From NCBI GenBank assembly GCA_030390025.1, contig CM059431.1, forward strand, positions 120,096,001 to 120,160,000: DNA of 64,000 nt, written 5' to 3'. The DNA comes from Squalus acanthias. Lineage: Eukaryota. The notes below the pieces were generated by a model that was not told the DNA's origin, did no database searches, and saw nothing but the letters and a program-made list of their open reading frames with translations. Position numbers and translations under genes: made by a program. The first letter of the stretch is position 1; each line of letters begins with the position of its first letter. Of this stretch, positions 1-11,270 are shown in pieces.

Positions 1-31
1 CCTACTGGTAGACATCCCTCGACACTGCCTC

Positions 32-2829
32 GTGGACATGAACACCATGTCCCCCATCCTGGGCGCCATGGCCCCCCGTCAACCCGCCGACATGGCGTCA
101 CAGTGCCACGCCCGGGCCACGGATGACTACTCGGCACTCCTGGCCGAATTCCCGGCCCTTACCAATCCTACCTTCTCCGCGGAGGCCGCCAAACACGGGA
201 TGGAACACTTCATCCCCACCACAGGCCCCCTAGTGTACGCCCACGCCCGCAGGCTGGACCCGGCCAAACTGGAGATCGCGTGGACCGAGTTTGCCACCAT
301 GGAACAGCTCAGCATCATCCGCCGCTCCAACAGTCCCTGGGCCTCCCCACTCCACATCGCCCCCAAACCAGGCGGGGGTTGGCACTCCTGCGAGGATTAT
401 CGCAGCCTCAACGACGCCACCACCCCTGATCGGTACCCCATGCCACACATCCAGGACTTCTCGGCTAGACTGGCCGGCCGTTCAGTCTTTTCCAAGGTCG
501 ACCTGGTGCGCGGCTACCACCAAGTCCCCGTCCACCCCGCAGACGTCCCCAAGACGGCCGTAATCACCCCCTTCGGCCTTTTCGAGTTCCTGCGGATGCC
601 CTTCAGCCTCAAAAACGCAGCCCAGGCATTCCAACGGCTCATGGACTCGGTCCTTCGGGACCTGAAGTTCCTGTTCGTCTACCTGGACGACATCCTGGTA
701 GCCAGTTCCTCCAAGCAGGAACACCTCGAACACCTTCGCATCCTGTTCGGGCGCCTCAGCGACCACGGGCTCATCCTCAGCCCAGCTAAATGCCAGTTCG
801 GCCTGGACAAGATCGACTTCCTCGGCCACCACATCACCCATGCTGGGGCCATTCCCCTGCCCACCAAGGTGCAGGCCATCCAACAATTTCCCCGCCCCAC
901 CACCATCAAAGGCCTCCAGGAGTTCCTCGGATGGTGAATTTCTATAACTGCTTCATCCCCAAAGCGGCGTCCCTCATGAGGCCCCTGTATGAAGCCCTCC
1001 GGGGCAGGAGCGGCAAGATGGCGGTCGAATGGACGGCAGACGCGTCCGCCGCCTTCGACTCCACCAAGACCGCGCTTGCCAACGCCACCCTGCTCGCGCA
1101 CCCACGGCCCAATGCCAGGGTAGCGCTCACCACGGACGCCTCCGACCACGCGGTCTGCGCCGTGTATGAGCAGTGGGTCGACGGCGCCTGGCAACCACTT
1201 GCCTTCTTCAGCCGCCAACTACACCCCCCGGAGGTCAAGTACAGCACCTTCGACCGCGAGCTCCTCGCGCTGTTCCTGGCGGTCCGCCATTTTCGGTTTT
1301 TGCTGGAGGGCCACCCCTTCACTGCGTTTGTCGACCACAAACCCCTGACGTTCGCAATGGCAAAGACAACCGACCCCTGGTCCGCCAGGCAGCAGTGCCA
1401 GCTCGCGGCAGTGTCCGAGTTCATCACGGACATCCAACACGTCTCCGGCCGAGACAATGTGGTAGCCGACTGCCTCTCCCACCCCGCCATCCACGCCGCA
1501 CACCTGGCAGTCGACTACGCTCAACTCGCAGCAGACCAGATCACCGACCCTGATCTGCTCTCCGCACCTACTAACCTACCAGGGCTACGCCTGGCCGACG
1601 TCGCCTGTGACCCAACCGCAGTCACGGTCAAGTGCGACATATCCCTATGTCAACCTCGGCCCGTCGTCCCAGCGTCCTGGCGCCGCCGGGTATTCGAGAT
1701 TCTCCACAACCTCTCCCACCCTGGCGCCCGCGCATCCATCAAATTGGTAGCCAACCGCTTTGTCTGGTGCGGCCTTCGCAAGGATGTGCGTACTTGGGCC
1801 AACTCCTGCCTAGCCTGCCAACGGGCCAAGGTGCAGCAACACATGAGAGCACCCCTCGAGTAATTTACCGTCCCTTCGCGTATATTCGACCACATCCACG
1901 TGGACATCGTCGGGCCCCTGCCGCCGTCGCAAGGCCACACGCACTTGCTGACGATCGTTGACCGCACCACGCGCTGGCCCGAGGCAATTCCACTGACCTC
2001 TACCACCACCGCCGACATTGCCAGAGCCTTCGTCAGCACCTGGGTCGCACGGTTCGGCGTCCCCTCCGACATGACGTCGGACAGAGTTCCGCAATTTACC
2101 TCTGAACTCTGGACCGCCGTCACACGCAATCTCGGGGTGACCATTCACCGCACCACAGCGTACCACCCCCAAGCCAACGGACTGTGTGAGCGGTTCCACA
2201 GATCCTTGAAGGCATCTCTTCGAGCCAGCCTCCAGGACGGCGCCTGGACCGACCGACTCCTGTGGGTCCTCTTCGGCCTGTGCACCGCGGTTAAAGAAGA
2301 CCTCCACGCATCGGCAGCAGAGCTTGTGCACTGTCAGCCGCTGCGCGTACCCGGCAAGTTCCTGCCCACCGCCACGACACCCTGGTCAGCCGACCAGCAA
2401 CGCCACGACTTCGCCTCACCGGCGCTACAGTTCGCCCCGGTGCCCATTGCCCGACACGGCGAATCCACCTCACACGTCCCACTAAGCCTGCACCAGGCAC
2501 GGTTCGTTTTCGTCCGGCACGACGCCCACCACGGACCCCTTCAACCCCCGTACGACGGGCCCTACAAGGTGCTACAGGCTGGGGACAAATTTTTCACCCT
2601 GCAAGTGGGCGACAGGACCGAAAAAGTGTCGGTTGACCGACTCAAGCCAGCACACTCGGAGCCCGGTGAGCAGGTCCCTGTAGCTCGTCCACCGCCACGC
2701 GGCCGACCTGCCCTCAAGCCAGTTCACCTGGCTGCTCCACGCCCGGCCATTCCACGTCCACCGGCGTCCTACAAGAGCTGCTCCGGCCGGCCCATCAGAC
2801 CGCCGCACCGTCTCGTCCACACCTCCTAA
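32..2829 (+). pseudogene. pol: Ty3/Gypsy pol (RT-RNaseH-integrase), disabled; element continues left of window
   Basis: RT motifs SPWASPL, DRYPMP, KVDLVRGYHQ, YLDDIL; RNaseH TDASD and YSTFDRELLA; integrase HNLSHPG..CLAC, HVDIVGP, YHPQANGLCER, YDGPYKV. 1-nt frameshift near 930 (FLG/MVNFY) and in-frame TAA at 1861-1863. Confidence 0.95.
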
Positions 2830-2849
2830 GCGGATTCTGGGGAGAGCTG

Positions 2850-3083
2850 TGTGGCGGATCGCCACCTAAATGGGCGCAATCCACTTTTCCGTCCGTGGAC
2901 AATAAATCGGGCACCTTGCCTTTAAGGCGCATGCTGCCTTTAAGGCATGAAAAAAGGAGTGGGCGTGGCCCTCAGGGTTTTGCAGAGAAATGTTGTAGCA
3001 GCCATTTTACCAAGGAGATGTAATTAAAAGCCATGTGCTCCACATATTGACTCGGCCTCAATTCGTGTTTCGCGGCAGCCACA
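2850..3083 (+). mobile_element. 3' LTR (234 bp) of the Gypsy element, preceded by polypurine tract
   Basis: TGTGGC...GCCACA terminal inverted repeat; purine tract GGGGAGAG at 2839-2846; ATTAAA at 3023-3028. Confidence 0.85.
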
Positions 3084-3392
3084 ACAAGGTGTTCTATTAC
3101 GTAAATAGGACCCAGATCATCATTTTTGGTTGGAAATGGTCAGAGCCTACGCAATACACACTCCGACCAGTTCAACAGGTGATGGAACCAAAGAGGCAAA
3201 TGTAAGCGCTAATGTTTTTTGCAGGAGTGCTCCTCTGGGTACAACAAAAATAATTTGAGCCGTTGTTGCCCCGAGACCCCCACCCTTCGTGATCATGACC
3301 TACCCCGCAACTTACCTTGCCGGTGGCTGACCCGGCCAATCTTGAGCATCAATCCAGCAAGCTGCATCGGGATGCCTGTCAACTTTAAATGA

Positions 3393-3612
3393 AATTGAGA
3401 GGTCGCACAACACCAGGTTATAGTCCAACAGTTTTATTTGAAATCACAAGCTTTCGGAGCTATCGATTGCCCCTTCCTCAGGTGAAGAGGAAGGGGCAAT
3501 CGATAGCTCCGAAAGCTTGTGATTTCAAATAAAACTGTTGGACTATAACCTGGTGTTGTGCGACCTCTCAATTTTGTCCACCCCAGTCCAACACCGGCAT
3601 CTCCGCATCATG
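3393..3612. mobile_element. Short fold-back Penelope-like pLTR insertion
   Basis: ~90-bp perfect inverted arms around ~3484; TSD AACTTTAAATGA at 3381-3392 and 3613-3624; same terminal sequence as the GIY-YIG element at 23564-25686. Confidence 0.88.
3445..3484 (-). ncRNA. Minimal type I hammerhead ribozyme motif in Penelope pLTR
   Basis: Minus strand reads CAC-CUGAGGA-aggggc..gcucc-GAAA-gcuu-gug: conserved core boxes, helix II, palindromic AAGCUU. Confidence 0.7.
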
Positions 3613-3895
3613 AACTTTAAATGAGGCCAGGGCCTCAAAATCACTGGGTCACAGAAATATTTATGCTGGTTTCTATACCGATCTTGCAGACTGGTACTTA
3701 TGTCCAAATTTCCTGCCAATCTAATTAGTACATGCTGGAAGGTAAATATCTGCGTAAATAAGCGAAAATAAGCATAAACAATTGGGGCCAGGGGAAGGTG
3801 TGGAATTGATGCAAAAGGAATTTAGTCCTTTGTATAAAATTAAAGTTTGAAAGCATTAAACCATCATTTACGCACATTGAAGATACTGGGACAAT

Positions 3896-4638
3896 GGCCC
3901 AGAAATTGATCTCGCTCTGTTCCCGCGGGGGTAAGCCTTCCCCGCGATGTCTCACCTCGCTTGTGCTTTTTCAGATCCAGCTCGCACGAACTTGATGTTC
4001 CAGACATCAGCTGTGCTGGGCTTGCGTATCCCAGCGGCGTAGTGAATTTGTGCGAGCTGTGGGATCACGTGACTCAGTTAGAGCCAATGGCAGCACACCA
4101 TCTTCCATTCATAAGTTTCATAGACCTGATGTGAAATCTATGAATCTTACACCCCCCCAAAATAACAGCTAAACCTCAATTAAATTTAAAAAAAAACCAT
4201 CACATTAATAAAATAAGTATAGTTAATTAAATTAACCATTTTAAATAAAAAATTAAATTTTTGAAAAAATTTAAAATCTTTTAAAAAGTTATAAAAATAA
4301 ACTTACCTGTCTTTAAAGTCTCTAAAAAAGATATACCTGTAAAAAAAAATTCAAAAAAATACTTAAATCACTACTTACCTTCTTAAAAGCGGGTCTTACT
4401 CCTCCTTTTTACATTTCCAAAATCTTCCCTACTTACCTGCGCGTCCAAAGCATGAAGTGCACAGCGTGCGCGCAGCCTGTAGCGCGCACGCGATGCACCC
4501 AGGACCCGCCCCCTTTTCAGAAGAGCAATTGCCGGTTTTCAGCGCATGCGCAGGGCATGCAGAAAACCGGCAATTGGAGTGGCAATACGCGAGAGTACGC
4601 AGTGCGTACTCTCGCGTCCTGGGATCAATTTTCGGCCC
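3896..4638. mobile_element. PIF/Harbinger-type MITE, family A
   Basis: Imperfect TIRs GGCCCAGAAATTGATC / GATCAATTTTCGGCCC; homologous along its length to 13608-14368. Confidence 0.8.
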
Positions 4639-4643
4639 ATTGT

Positions 4644-4870
4644 TCCAATTTCCACCCCTCCCTTGCCTTTGCATGGTCCATCTCCGACTCTTCCCTTCTC
4701 TTCTTTGACTTCTCTATCTTCATTTCTGGGGGATAGGCTAATGACCAATATTTACTATAAGCCCACTAACTCCCACAGCTACCTTGATTACACTTCCTCC
4801 CGCCCCACTTTCTGTAAGGACTCTATTCCATTCTCCCAGTTTCTCCGCCTCCGTCGCATCTGTTCTGAGG
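4644..4870 (+). mobile_element. Penelope-like RT C-terminal fragment
   Basis: Translates to NFHPSL..IYYKPTNSHSYLDYTSS..KDSIPFSQFLRLRRICS, typical of Penelope RT. Confidence 0.8.
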
Positions 4871-6030
4871 AAGCTGCAAGGGGATATTGATAAGATGGTG
4901 GAATGGACAAAAAAATGATAGATGGAATTCTATGTCAGTAAGTGTGAGGTCGTAGGTTTTGCTAAAATAAATAAAAGTAATAATTATACTTTGAATGGAG
5001 GGTTCAGGTTCAGATGGCATTAAAAGCAGCACCTCAAATGGATAAGGCCATAAAAAAAGGAATTGGAGTACTAGGTTTTATGGCAAGAGGTATAGAACAT
5101 AAAAGTCTTAAAGGGGGAAAAAGTGAGTTGCGCCCCCATTGGGGCACTAACTTCGCCGGAGCGCTACTTTTAGCGCCCTGAAAAAGTTAGCGTCTCCGTG
5201 GCCGAAATTCATCAGTAGCATCCCAAGAGGGAAGCGGTGTGCTACTGGAAGCACCCCACCTCCCTCTTGGGGCGCTGCGAGTGAATATCATGGCGCTACG
5301 TGCCGAAGTAGTGCAAGCCTTCCTCCTCTACTTAAAGGGGAGGAGCCTTGCGCAGCGCGACCCGGGGCCCAGCTGGGCCACCAGAGATCGGAGTGCCAGC
5401 AAAAGAGCCCGGCACTCAAGAGAAGTGCCGAGTTCAAGGAGCGCAGCCGGCACACCATGGGGGGGCAAGTCAGGAGGCCGGGGACGGCAACGGGGGCAGG
5501 TGCTGGCAGGCAGCCAGCAACAAAAATGGCCACCCTGCACCTCGCCTTTACTTAGTGCCGCCCCAGCTTCAGGTAGGCCCCCCTGACCCCGTCGGACATA
5601 GCGTCCGGTGGTAAGTCAGGGGGCGCTACCGAAGATCGCGGCCGGGGCGCGAGTGGGGCGCTGCGCACGATGATGACGTCATCGCCGGCGACGCAGCGCC
5701 ATGGGGCGCTAGTGGTTACCGCCACCGCTAACCTCCCGCTGAATTTCACGGGAGGCATTGGCGGAACCTCTTAGGGCGCTAATGGGAGGCGCAAAGCAAC
5801 CGAATTTTTAGGCCAAGATGTAATGGCAAATCTCTATAAAACTTTCGTAAGACCACAGCTGGAGTACTGTGAGCAGTTTTAGGCTCCACACTATTGAAAG
5901 GATGTTAAAGCAATAGGGATGGTACAGTGCAGAGTCACTAGGACATCGCTATGGTATGAGGAAATACAATACAATAAAAGTGTTAAAAAACTGGAGCTGT
6001 TTTCATCAGAACAGAGTGAATTGAAACAGA
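4870..6030 (+). mobile_element. Degraded CR1 RT fragment interrupted by a MITE
   Basis: Remnants such as GIEHKS|KDVM..LYKTFVRPQLEYC join across the 5113-5814 insertion. Confidence 0.7.
5113..5814. mobile_element. GC-rich Harbinger-derived MITE
   Basis: Starts GGGGGAAAAA and ends AATTTTTAGGCC; the right end resembles the reverse complement of the left end of the Harbinger at 17613. Confidence 0.7.
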
Positions 6031-6182
6031 GGTGGAGAAATTCAGCTTCAGTGTGGCACCAAACGGGCGGTAGTGAATTGGCCATCCATTATATCAATGG
6101 AAAGGAAAATTGGATGGGGTGTATAACGGGCAGTCGATTTGTACTGCCCATTTTGTGCCCCCGTCAAAGTTGAATTTCACCT
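6030..6182. mobile_element. Small palindromic MITE
   Basis: GAAATTCAGCTT..AAGTTGAATTTC ends and internal inverted similarity. Confidence 0.5.
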
Positions 6183-8984
6183 TCATGGTAGCTGGCTGGG
6201 CACTTGGGATTAAGACTACTGCTCATGTGGAAGATAAACTGGTTGGGCCAAATGGACTGTAGCTGTAGTGTAATTTCTATGTAATTCTATGTAATAAGGA
6301 AAGAGTCTTGATCCAGAACTGAACGTTTCACTTCCTCAGCTCTAATGTGGCGCTTTCTGGAGACACACACTGGTGCATTGTGCCATGCAATGCTCCACAT
6401 CCTAATATCAGATTGGCCGGGACGTTCCTTAGAGCTGCTTCCAACTCCTCCGTCATTGCTTCGTTGGAAATGTGGTGGAAAGCCCACCAGAAGAGCAGGA
6501 GCAGTTCTGTGGAATTTCCCGGCCAATGTTATGGTATGGAGCGTAATTGCTATCAGTTCATAGCAATCATCTTGATAGTTACCTCTGGATAAAAAAAAAT
6601 AGTTTAAAACTATTCCCCTCATTAGCTCCAGAGTACATATTAAATTAATAAACACATGGGCGTGATCTTGATTTTGTAATCTCATTTTGGGATTCCAAAT
6701 TGGTTATAAACTAATTAAGCTTTATAGTATCTGCCCCATTAAAGGTTACTGCCTTGTAATCACTATCAAGAATGAATTTCTCTCTGCAGCCTAGAAATGA
6801 CTGTGATATTAGCATGCAAATAGTTAACTCATTTGTATGAGATTCATTTTTGTCCATTATTTTAACTGAGATATTAATCCATTTATTACCTGTTAAAATA
6901 ACAGACAAAACAATATCTTATGAATGTAGTAAGTGTTCATACTCTAATATCGTAGAGTCATACAGCACAGAAGAAGGCCATTCAGCCCATCGTGCTCTTT
7001 GAAAGAGCTATCCAATTAGTCCCACTCTCCTGCACTTTTTCCATAGCCCAAAAACCTTTAAACAGTAATTTCCAGGCCTGCATGTGTTGTTGAGAAGAAA
7101 GTAGCATTGCATGCACTGGAACATATTTTTTTTAATTAAATGAATGGCATTTCATGGTATGTTAAGTGACAGTGCTGAAGCAGAACATGGAGTTTCTAAT
7201 AATAAAAAACGATTAGAAGCATTAGCTTCTTCATATTCTGTACTTCTAAACTTTAATTCAGTCAGGCAGAAACAAAACAAAAAAAATCTTGGACAGATTT
7301 TATTAGAGATTGAATTATCATGCTAGTGCTCTTATTCATAATTATTTAGAGCACTAACATGATAAAGTTGGCTTTGGGTCAACTATTCAATGTAAGACAA
7401 GAGCAAAATAGGCAGATGCCAGAAATCTGAAATAAAAACAGAAAATGCTGGAAATACTCAGCAGGTCAGGCAGCATCTGTGGAGAAACAAAGTGCACGAT
7501 TCAGTTTGATTGTCTTTCATCAGATCAATGTAAGAGATTGACAGCTTTCAAAGAGAAATAGAAATGAAGAGAGTTCACTTTAGAATGGCAGATGATATAT
7601 ATTAATGTAAATCAATGCATATTGATGCAGGAAACATGAAACCTATGAAGATGATGGATGGCTCTGTATTTGGAATGGTGAAAAGTCCAAAAATTTGGAA
7701 TGATTATTGACAATTCATTGAAAGTATAAAATTAATGTAGACTTGTTATCAAAAAATCTGATTGAGTATTGGGTTGTAACTTGATTATACATTGAAAGTG
7801 GTTATTTTACTTCTATGTAACTCATTCGTGAAACTATATTTGGAATGTTTGGATCATGGAAATCTCAGGTTTGACTAAAAACCTAGTTAAAGGTCAAGGA
7901 TTAGTAAAGGGCATTTGGCCCATTAAGGTTGTCCATCTGATACTCCAACTGATCAATCCTAGCATCCATCCAAGCACCGCACATGCTTATGCTGACGATC
8001 CATGCAGGAAATGATCAGAAAAAAATATTTAAATTGTTTTTTACAACATTGAACAGGAAGGAGCAAGAGTTCTCCTCCTGACTCCACAAGAATACTGCAA
8101 GCCTCCCACCGCTCCCCACCCCCTACCCACCCCCATCCCGCCGAGGACCTACCCATGGGCTCTGCCAGCGTCCCAACTGGCCGACATTCCTGAGGCTGAA
8201 GTCCAGCAAGCTGAATCGGGATGCCTGTTTAACGTCCACAGCTTGCCAGTCAACTTCAACTGAGGCTGGGGCCTCAAAATTGCAGTGACCTCTTTGCCAC
8301 CGGAACGGCCGCCCAAAATAACTCGCGTCATTTCTTTCCCCCAGAGACGTTGACCAATGATCCAGAGAATGCGAGTTAAAATTACACCATCGGAGGTTGA
8401 GAATTTGAATTTAATTTTAAAAATATGGATAAAAATGCTGGTATCAGTAAAAGTGACTATGAAGCTGTTGGATTGTCATAAAACCCAACAGGTTCATTAA
8501 AGTCCTATAGGGAAGAAAACCTGCCACCCTTCCCTGATCTGGCCTATATGTGACTCTGGTCCCTCACTCTGAAAGGGAATTTTTCTTTTACTTACCTTTT
8601 ATACTACCCCGACCTTGCACATAGAGGTCCCATTGGCCCAGTTCCAGTCACAAATCGATTACATTCGATTACACTGCTCAATTGCGTAGATTCGCGGGAG
8701 ATTTCACGTTCAGGCTTATGCTAATGAGTTTGTGTGGAAACTTGGACACAATTTCTCATCAGCCAAACGAGAGCAGCATCGCACGAATTTTGGGCATAAT
8801 TTGCCGATTGTGCCACTAGCGGAAACACAAGGTCAAGGAGTTTAGCCTCAGTGGGAATTCAGCCTGAGAGAAAGTTCAGTGTTGAGGTGCTAATGGGCAG
8901 GTGTCTATAATTACTACTTGTGTGACGTCAGTAAGCAAAGCTTGATTCTGGAGACAGTTTGGTGCTAGTGGGAATCCAGGAGAA

Positions 8985-9225
8985 ACTTCTTTACCCAGAG
9001 AGTGATTAGAATGTGGAACTTGCTACCACAAGGAGTAGTTGAGGTGAATAGCATAGATGCATTTAAAGGGAAGCTAGATAAGTACATGAATGAGAAAGGA
9101 ATAGAATGTTACACTGATAGGTTTAGATGAAGTAGGGTTGGAGGAGGCTCGTGTGGAGCATAAACACTGGCATAGACCAGTTGGGCTGAATGGCCTGTTT
9201 CTGTGCTGTAAATTTTATGTAATAC
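8985..9225 (+). mobile_element. CR1 3' end fragment
   Basis: NFFTQRVIRMWNLLPQ..FKGKLDKY, then the CR1 3'UTR with GGGCTGAATGGCCTG and short-repeat tail. Confidence 0.8.
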
Positions 9226-9469
9226 TATCTACATTTTTAAATTAGACACAGAGGGATGGCAGTGCAGAGAACCCTCATGATATTTGTGGGATGTGCCAAG
9301 TGGAACATCATGGATCCTCAGGATATCAGGGACAGCATATTAAAAAATAAATAGTAAGAAAATATTATCAGAAGAGAAAAGGAGAGAAAAATGCTTTGAG
9401 GTAGTGAGGGATAAAAACACTGCTATAGAAGGGGAAAGGGATATCAAGAAAATTAAACCTGAACACCAG

Positions 9470-10287
9470 GGGGGGGGCGATTTTCTCAGCCCCGAGGAGG
9501 CGGGTATGGAGGCGGGACTGCCGGGAAAATGGCAGAATTTGGGGGCGGGTGGCAAACCCGCCCCCAACCCGCCTCCATGCCATCTTCCCAGGAGGCGGGT
9601 TGCCGTCCCGCGCCGTGTCCCGTCTCCTTGGAGGCGGGAAGGGACTAAAGCCAATTAACTGCCTGTAGTTAACAGGCAGAATATAGGATTATCCCGTTTT
9701 TGCCCTCACAAGTGCGGGTTTCCTGAAGGCTCCAAAACACGCCAGGGTCACCGAGGCGAGTAGTGGGTCTACGGGGGTCGGGGGGATGCAAAAGGATGGT
9801 GTGACGATAAGTGATAGGTGCAAGAGTGTAGAGGTGAGTATCTGAGGTAAGTCCTAAGTGTTTTTAAAAGTGTATTACCTTTGTTTCTTCCTGCAGGCTT
9901 CAGTCGGTTTCTATACGGAGAGTCTCGCACCTCCGTGTTGCAGATGAGAGATGGCCGTTGCATTCTCAGATGCAACAAACATCTCAATTCTGTAAAAGAA
10001 ATAAGGTTGATGAGGTCTTATATGCAAGACCTCATCAAACTGCAGAGATTGTCACTGTTTGACAGCTTCACAGAGCTGTCAAACGATGACAATTCATCTG
10101 TCAAAAATTTTTGACAGATGACACATCATACGTTGACATGCTCTGCAACCGGCTTTCCCTTAATTGGCACGCTAAGGCCAATCAAGGGAAAATAGCGTGG
10201 GTTGGCCACAACTCGATGGAGGTGGGACTGAAACCCGACAAGCAGCAGTTCCGCCTCCAATGCACCTCCATTCACAAAACCGCCCCC
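9470..10287. mobile_element. Harbinger-type MITE, family B
   Basis: GGGGGCGATTTT / AAAACCGCCCCC TIRs with CAG TSD; homologous to 50553-51389. Confidence 0.8.
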
Positions 10288-10329
10288 CAGGAAAAAAAAT
10301 AAGCATCAATATTCTAAAAAATTGGTGTC

Positions 10330-11270
10330 TGAATTCGTGGTATGGATGTGACTACAGCAAGTATTGAAAACAAAATTGGAGAGTTAGAAGCATGAATAAC
10401 TATGGAGTAACATGCATAGTAGCTATAACAGAGATATCGTTTAAGATTGGACAAGACTGAGAATTTACTATTTCTGGTTAGAACATTTTCAGGACAAATC
10501 GGAAAGAATAGGGTGGGGTGGGGTGGAGTGGGGTGGGATGGGGTGGGGTGGCAGTGTCAGTAAAGGGTTCCACCACAAAGCTAGAATGTAAGCATGTCCT
10601 AGCGGGCTGTATAAGATAAAATCCGTAGGAATAGACTTAAGGAATAGGAAGGGAAATGGTGCAATTCTTGAAGCGCGGTACAGGCCACTAAGTAGTAGAG
10701 ATGAGATATAGCGGAAGATCTCCAGGCAGTGCAGAGACATAAGAGAACAATAGGGCAATAATGTATGACAATTTTAACTATCCTAAGAGAGACTAGAATA
10801 AACCTAATTCATGTGATCAAAGTAGGGAAAGCTTCCTAGATCAGTATGGTCCTGAATTTCCATCGGGGTTGCCCCAATCTCCAACAGTTTTCAACCTTTT
10901 ACGTTATTTCCCCAGAAGTAATGGGAGGAGATTGCATTAACTTCCATGGAAATTCAAAGCCTATGTTTCTCATCCAACAAGGAAAGAAGCATTGCTTGAT
11001 TTAATTCTGGGAAATGAAGTGGAGCAAAGAACTGATGTAAGAGAACAATAGGAAAATAATCACTACAGCATAATTAGGTTCAATCTAAGGAAAGAAAAGG
11101 ATAATGAAGGGTGCAGGACTGGAAACAGGCAAAGTTCAATGAGTTAAGAAGAGATCTGGTCCAAATTAACCTTGCAGAAAAGTTAGCAAATGGATCAGCA
11201 ATGGGAAAGCTTCAAAATATGAAGTGGATAGAGTATAAAATATATTTATTCATATGGGGTGCAAAATGGT
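10330..11270 (+). mobile_element. Degraded CR1 ORF2 (APE endonuclease region)
   Basis: Remnants of VAITE, FNYP and LLDLILGNE motifs, with many stops. Confidence 0.65.

Noticed and set aside
925..937. Programmed frameshift in Gypsy pol
   Set aside because: It falls inside the conserved FLGMVNFY motif with no slippery site; it is a 1-nt deletion.
127..2865. Many overlapping or antisense ORFs here and in other GC-rich repeats and LTRs
   Set aside because: They are shadow ORFs caused by high GC, with no recognisable motifs.
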